Part shown: positions 58,629-64,000 of the stretch, one piece after another
Layout of the letters: the number at the start of each line of letters is the position of its first letter
Numbering within the stretch: position 1 is the stretch's first letter
Assembly: GCA_963702845.1 (NCBI GenBank)
Contig: OY969763.1
Coordinates: 4,480,001-4,544,000, forward strand
DNA from: an uncultured Verrucomicrobiae bacterium
GTDB taxonomy: Bacteria > Verrucomicrobiota > Verrucomicrobiia > Limisphaerales > Palsa-1400
Direction of reading: 5' to 3'
Length of the DNA stretch: 64,000 bases
Notes under the pieces: model-generated
What the model was told of the DNA's origin: nothing
Seen by the model: the letters and a program-made list of their open reading frames with translations, nothing else
The model's database searches: none
Program-made: the position numbers and the translations under genes

Positions 58629-59381
58629 ATGAAAAGAAATCTTCTTTCGAATCGAGGCTTCAGCACTCTTGAGCTTGCCATTGTTGTGGGACTGTTCGCG
58701 GTCCTGATCGTCGTTATTCTGCCAGCCCTCCGGCCAAAGCCTCGCCGAACATCGTCAAAGATTCAGTGCATCAATAATCTTCACCAAATAGGCACTGGTT
58801 ATCGAATCTGGTCGGGAGACAACAATGACAAGTGTCCACAGGAGTTTTTCACTGTGAGCACGAACGTCGGTTGGGGTGAGTTCGCAAAATTAACCAATGC
58901 AGGGACCTACTGTTGGAGCAACTATTGCTTGATGGAAAACGAATTTGGTCGGTCTCCCAGAGTGCTCAATTGTCCATCCGACGACCGCAGCCCTGTTACG
59001 AACTTCAATTCGCTAAAAAACCAAAACATGTCGTATTTTTTTGGTGCTGGGGCCAACGACAACTTCCCTTTGTCGATTCTTGGCGGGGATCGAAATCTTG
59101 CGCTGGGCTCAACGCCGAAAAACGATTATGGTTTCTCGCCGAAAGATGGAAAGGGCAACGACGTCATTTTGGGAACCAACTCGCCAGTTTGTTGGTCGTT
59201 AAAGATGCACTCGGCTGGATACGCAGTTGGTGAAGGAAACATTCTTCTCGGCGACGGCAGCGTCCAACAATGCAGCAGCGCCCGCTTTCGCAGTGATTAC
59301 CAGGCCTACGCCGTCGACTCCGGCAATTTCCCGGCAGGCTATGAAAACCAAAGCAACTCCTTCCGTCTCATCTTTCCATAG
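58629..59381 (+). CDS. Prepilin-type N-terminal cleavage / H-X9-DG domain protein
   Basis: GFSTLEL, CINNLHQIG, CPSD, MH...GNILLGDGSV. Confidence 0.85.
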   Translation: MKRNLLSNRGFSTLELAIVVGLFAVLIVVILPALRPKPRRTSSKIQCINNLHQIGTGYRIWSGDNNDKCPQEFFTVSTNVGWGEFAKLTNAGTYCWSNYCLMENEFGRSPRVLNCPSDDRSPVTNFNSLKNQNMSYFFGAGANDNFPLSILGGDRNLALGSTPKNDYGFSPKDGKGNDVILGTNSPVCWSLKMHSAGYAVGEGNILLGDGSVQQCSSARFRSDYQAYAVDSGNFPAGYENQSNSFRLIFP

Positions 59382-59523
59382 TGCCGGTCCTGATCGGTTA
59401 ATTATCGAATCCGTGTTTCGTCCGTGTTCAATCGGTGGCCAAAAAAGCTTAGAAAAAATAGCACTGGCGAACACGCCACTCTCTTGTCATGGTACGACTT
59501 CAATCTGAATCGAATTTGATTTT

Positions 59524-60979
59524 ATGGACACTCAAGCTGACATCGGTCTGATCGGGCTCGCCGTCATGGGCCAGAACCTCGTCCTCAACATGAACGACCA
59601 CGGCTTCACCGTCGCTGTCTTCAATCGCACCGTTTCCAAAGTGGACGAATTTCTCAACAACGAAGCCAAAGGCACCAAAGTCATCGGCGCACATTCCATC
59701 GAAGAATTGGTCGCCAAACTCAAACGGCCACGCCGCGTCATGCTGCATGGTCAAAGCCGGCGCGCCCGTCGACGAATTCATCGAGCACCTCCTGCCGCAC
59801 CTGGAAAAAGGCGACATCATCATCGACGGCGGCAACTCGCTTTTCCAGGACACCGAACGCCGCGTCAAATATGTCGAATCGAAGGGCCTGCAATTTATCG
59901 GCACCGGCGTCAGCGGCGGTGAAGAAGGCGCGCGCAATGGCCCATCCATCATGCCCGGCGGTTCGCCCGATGCCTGGCCGCACGTCAAAGATATTTTCCA
60001 GGGTATTGCCGCGAAAGTGGACAATGGCGTCCCCTGTTGTGATTGGGTGGGCGACGGTGGCGCTGGTCACTACGTCAAGATGGTCCACAACGGCATCGAA
60101 TACGGCGACATGCAGGTTATCGGCGAAGCGTATCAATTGATGCGCGACGGTCTCGGCATGACCGCCGATGAAATGTCGCAGGTCTTCGCCGAATGGAACA
60201 AGAGCGAACTCGATTCCTACCTCATCGAAATCACCGCGAACATTTTGAAATTTAAAGACGCCGACGGCCAACCGATCGTCGACAAGATCCTCGATACTGC
60301 CGGCCAAAAAGGCACCGGCAAATGGACGGTCATCAACTCCGCCGAGCTCGGCATCCCGATCACCTTAATCGCCGAAGCCGTTTATGCCCGTTGCGTTTCC
60401 GCGCTGAAAGACGAACGCGTCACGGCTGCAAAAAAACTGAAAGGTCCGCAAAAGAAAATCAGCGGTGACCGCGCCAAGTTCATCGAAAACATCCGCCTCG
60501 CTCTTTACGGTTCGAAAATCATTTCTTACGCGCAGGGCTACATGCTCATGCGCGCCGCAGCCAAAGAATACAAGTGGGACCTTAACTACGGCGGCATCGC
60601 CTTGATGTGGCGCGGCGGTTGCATCATTCGCAGCCGTTTCCTCGGCAATATCAAAAAAGCTTACGACAATGATCCGAAGCTGACCAATCTGCTGCTCGAT
60701 AAATTTTTCCGCGGCGAAATCAAAAAGTGCCAACGCGGCTGGCGTAACGTCGTTGCCATGGCCGCGAAGAAAGGCATTCCGACACCCGCCTTTTCCACCG
60801 CGCTCAATTTCTACGACAGCTACCGTTGCGAGAACTTGCCGGCGAATTTGCTGCAGGCCCAACGCGATTATTTCGGCGCGCATACTTACGAGCGTCTGGA
60901 CAAACCGCGCGGCGAATTCTTCCACACCAATTGGACCGGACACGGAGGCACAACGGCATCCGGCACCTATACGGTCTAG
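59524..60979 (+). CDS. gnd: 6-phosphogluconate dehydrogenase, decarboxylating; one extra base near 59746, probably a sequencing error
   Basis: [55 protein letters not shown]. Confidence 0.93.
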
Positions 60980-61201
60980 GAAGGCGGCGCGTTGTGGGTC
61001 CGGTTTGCGCGTTTACGCGCCCCTCTCAATGCGCACCTATTGAAGGACATGGTCGGCGATGCCGCTGTGGAATCGTTCGAACGTTACGTTGGATCCAAAC
61101 CACGCTTCGAAGTTCCCGATCTAAATTCTCGAAAAAAACACCGCGAACTTGTGCAGACTTAGGGGACGCCGGCGGGCGCGAGTTACGTTCAGGCTGCGTC
61201 T

Positions 61202-63361
61202 CTACCTTCGGCCCCCGCTCCCCTCAAGTTGGGCGAGGCGATCGCGGGCTGGCTGGTTGCCCGCATCCAGACGAAGCGTTTCTTCGAACTGCCCTTTAGC
61301 ATCATCCAGATGCCCCTGCTTCATCAAGGCAACTCCCAGATTGAAATGCCCCATGGCGAATTCGGGCTTGAGACGAATAACCTGCTCGAATTCTTTCCTG
61401 GATTCGTCGGTGTTGCTCTCGGCTGCCAGGTGGTCTCCCAACTCGGCGTGAGCCTGCCAAAAGTCGGGGTCCAGCTCGATGGTCCGGCGGTAGCTGGCGA
61501 TGCTGTCGGCGCTGCGGTGCATTTTGGTGTATGCCCGGCCGTACGCGAAATAAACCTGGGGGTTTTTCGGGGCGATCTCTTTTGCCCGGCCAATTTCCTG
61601 CAAGGCCTGGTTCATTCTCGACTGGTTCATGTCGAGCTGAGCAAGCACAAGCCACGTTGGGCCGAACTCCGGCCGCAAATCTGCGGCGATTCTTAAACTA
61701 TCCTCCGCTTCCACGACCTTGCCCTGTGATCCGAGCGCCTTCCCGATGGCGAAGTAAGACATCGCGTTGTGAGGGATCAATTTCTGCACTGCAAGCCATT
61801 GCGCAAAAGCGCCCGACTGGTCACGGACTTCCTCCAGAAATGCCGCATATTTCTGCCGCAGAATATAATCGTCCGGCACGCGCGCGACGGCGTCCTCAAA
61901 GTCCGCGCGGGCCTTGGCTGCTGCGGCGGGATCCATCTGCTGGGCCAGCCGCTTCTCCCAATCCCGGACTTCTTTCACGCGCGAGTCATTGTTGGCTTGA
62001 TCGCTCAGCGGCGGCCGCTTGTATCGCTGAAGCATATCCTGAAGAACTTTGCTGCGGTTCCAATCGCTCAACCCCAGCCGCCGTTCGCATAGTTCCTGTG
62101 AAGCCCACGGCCCGTTCCCGGCTGTGGAAGTTGACACCCCGAGTTTTGTCCCCAGCGAACTCTCAATCTCCGCCGCCCACGCTCGGGCCAAACGGTAGTT
62201 GCCATCAAAATTAAGATGAACGTGCTCGTAAAAAGATTCCTCGCCTGCGACACCGCAAGGACTGTTCGTGTCGAGGACCTCGTCCGCATTCACGAGTCTC
62301 AATTGCGGGCAGGCGAACTGACGGCCCGCCTCCGCGATAATGCCGTTGATTCGCGAATCGGCGCGGAACGGCAAAGCATCGTAATCGCACGCCAACTCAA
62401 AGTGTTGTCGTGCCTCGGCGAAATTGGTGCGGTCTAAGGCAGAACGCGCTAAGCCAAACTGATTTTGCGCCGAATAAGGATCGGCTTGTTGGGATTTCTG
62501 CTTCGCCTGATCAGAATCCGGCATCGAGGCGAACGGCGGGCAATCCCGGAGGTTTACGGCGACCTTGTTCAGAATGATTCGCGTTCCTGAGGAAAGTCCG
62601 GACTGGAGAATATCCCTTAAATTCCCGCGAAAATTCGCGTATACCGACTCGCGTTTCGGATCCAGCGGCCCCACCCGTTCCGCGGCAAACATCCGCATCC
62701 CATCCCATTGTGCGGCGCGTTTGCCTTTGAGCCAATGCCCCGCCGATGCCGCCAACTGCCCCACGCGTGTCCTCTGGAGGGACAGCCCAAAGCGAACCAT
62801 CCAGAGCGGCGGCGCTTTTGCCCCGAAAACGGTGACGGCACCAAATGGGCCGACCATTTCGTTATTGCCCATGTAGACAATCCATAAATCCCCGTCCAGC
62901 CCGGCGCACTCTCGCGCAATAGGCAGAATGGTATGGGAGTTGATGGCGGTCATGGAGACATTGATGATTTCGAAGGATTGCTTCGGATAGCGTTCCCGCA
63001 GCATAACCTCAAGGTAACGCCACGCGCCGTAGGCAGGTTCGGGGTCTCCCATGGCCGCTGATTCGCCGAGCACGAAAATTCGGAAAGTGCCGGCGGGCTT
63101 GTGGGCGCGCATCCGCAATTCTTGCGGACTGCGAACCAGTTCAGGTGGAAAAAACCGAAGCCCGATTTTCTCATTCTCGACCAGGAAGTCCTCCCCTCGG
63201 ATTCGATACGGTCGAAAAAAGGTCGTCCGGTAACCATACCCGGCCAACCGCAAAGAGATTTCAAGGGTCCCGAGCACCAGCAACGGGAGCAGGACGGCCG
63301 CTGCTATGCGGAAAATCCACTGCCGACCTGGTGTCCGCGTGTGCATTATTTCATTTGCCAT
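61202..63361 (-). CDS. TPR-repeat protein with SGNH-like N-terminal domain
   Basis: TM anchor, RIFVLGESAAMG, YMGNNE, EHVHLNFDG, C-terminal TPRs. Confidence 0.82.
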   Translation of the reverse strand: MANEIMHTRTPGRQWIFRIAAAVLLPLLVLGTLEISLRLAGYGYRTTFFRPYRIRGEDFLVENEKIGLRFFPPELVRSPQELRMRAHKPAGTFRIFVLGESAAMGDPEPAYGAWRYLEVMLRERYPKQSFEIINVSMTAINSHTILPIARECAGLDGDLWIVYMGNNEMVGPFGAVTVFGAKAPPLWMVRFGLSLQRTRVGQLAASAGHWLKGKRAAQWDGMRMFAAERVGPLDPKRESVYANFRGNLRDILQSGLSSGTRIILNKVAVNLRDCPPFASMPDSDQAKQKSQQADPYSAQNQFGLARSALDRTNFAEARQHFELACDYDALPFRADSRINGIIAEAGRQFACPQLRLVNADEVLDTNSPCGVAGEESFYEHVHLNFDGNYRLARAWAAEIESSLGTKLGVSTSTAGNGPWASQELCERRLGLSDWNRSKVLQDMLQRYKRPPLSDQANNDSRVKEVRDWEKRLAQQMDPAAAAKARADFEDAVARVPDDYILRQKYAAFLEEVRDQSGAFAQWLAVQKLIPHNAMSYFAIGKALGSQGKVVEAEDSLRIAADLRPEFGPTWLVLAQLDMNQSRMNQALQEIGRAKEIAPKNPQVYFAYGRAYTKMHRSADSIASYRRTIELDPDFWQAHAELGDHLAAESNTDESRKEFEQVIRLKPEFAMGHFNLGVALMKQGHLDDAKGQFEETLRLDAGNQPARDRLAQLEGSGGRR

Positions 63362-63521
63362 TGAGATCGTCTCCCCAGTTGGTGTGGTCGGGCTGTGCGT
63401 TCATAGGATCGGGGTTTGCCAAGAACTATCACAACCGTTGAAACGTATCAAGCAACTGCTGCCAGCCGATATTTTCTGCGTGCGTTCGGTCGTCGACGTC
63501 TTTACCGTTCTGCCGACTTTT

Positions 63522-64000
63522 ATGGCCCAAGTTGAACCATTTGCCGCTCTACGTCCAAAACCGGATCTTGCCATTCGCATCTGCGAATTGCCTTACGACG
63601 TGCTCTCCTCCGCGGAAGCACGCGAGCAAGCCAAAGATAATCCGCTCAGCTTTTTCCACGTCAGCAAACCGGAAATCGATCTGCCGGAGAATGTCGACGT
63701 ACATTCGCCGGAGGTTTATGCCAAAGGCAAAGAGAATTTCGACAAGCTGATTCGCGACGGCTCGCTCAAGCAGGACGCGCAGCCGAATTATTATTTCTAT
63801 CGCCAAATTATGGGCAAACACGCGCAGATCGGTTTGGTCGCCGGCGCGAGTTGCGAAGATTACCTCAACAACATCGTTAAAAAGCACGAGTTCACTCGGC
63901 CCGACAAAGAAGACGATCGCGTTCGCCACATCGAAACGCTCAATTCCCAAACCGGCCCCGTCTTCCTCGTTTACAAAGCAGTTGCCGCCATCGACCAAAT
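63522..64000 (+). CDS. DUF1015 family protein, 3'-partial
   Basis: MAQVEPFAALRP...ELPYDV...NPLSFFHVSKPEIDL...KKHEFTRPDKEDDR; open to the window end. Confidence 0.85.
   Translation, partial: MAQVEPFAALRPKPDLAIRICELPYDVLSSAEAREQAKDNPLSFFHVSKPEIDLPENVDVHSPEVYAKGKENFDKLIRDGSLKQDAQPNYYFYRQIMGKHAQIGLVAGASCEDYLNNIVKKHEFTRPDKEDDRVRHIETLNSQTGPVFLVYKAVAAIDQ

Noticed and set aside
1..64000. tRNA, rRNA and IS transposase genes
   Set aside because: No cloverleaf, rRNA signature or DDE/HUH transposase motif recognised by eye; tRNAscan and ISEScan would be needed to exclude them.

Overview
A 64-kb bacterial chromosome segment whose gene content (GloVer, RCC1 and passenger-repeat secreted proteins, ECF sigma next to a Ser/Thr kinase, H-X9-DG prepilin-like protein) points to Verrucomicrobia (inference). 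Housekeeping blocks are prs-rplY-pth-rpsF-ssb-rplI, rpsA, parE and gnd. They flank an accessory/defence region at about 10.8-25.8 kb. Its centrepiece is a tightly coupled six-gene operon (10961-15950): QueC-like, TGT-like, CD-NTase with an N-terminal MGGSSSG tail, HhH N-glycosylase, SLOG (TPALS-like) plus nucleoside-deoxyribosyltransferase-like effector, and DEDDh 3'-5' exonuclease. This reads as a type IV CBASS with an atypical enzymatic effector and a Cap18-like nuclease. Next come a diverged copy of the 3' end of the aldo/keto reductase gene 9.7 kb away (possible integration scar), a truncated DUF3631 gene, and a two-gene module ending in a TM-DUF4041-GIY-YIG (PD-lambda-1/SNIPE-like) nuclease broken by a 7-bp duplication. 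These are followed by two decayed phnA copies, a PncA-PncB fusion and an orphan ComA. Intergenic DNA holds GTAG-type REP-like palindromes, many short-period (7-12 bp) direct-repeat arrays, a highly structured ~340-nt rpsA leader and a candidate structured RNA at ~45.0 kb. Single-base frameshifts in parE and gnd suggest sequencing errors, so pseudogene calls need caution. No tRNA, rRNA, CRISPR array, integrase or transposase was recognised. All family assignments come from motif recognition by eye, not database searches.
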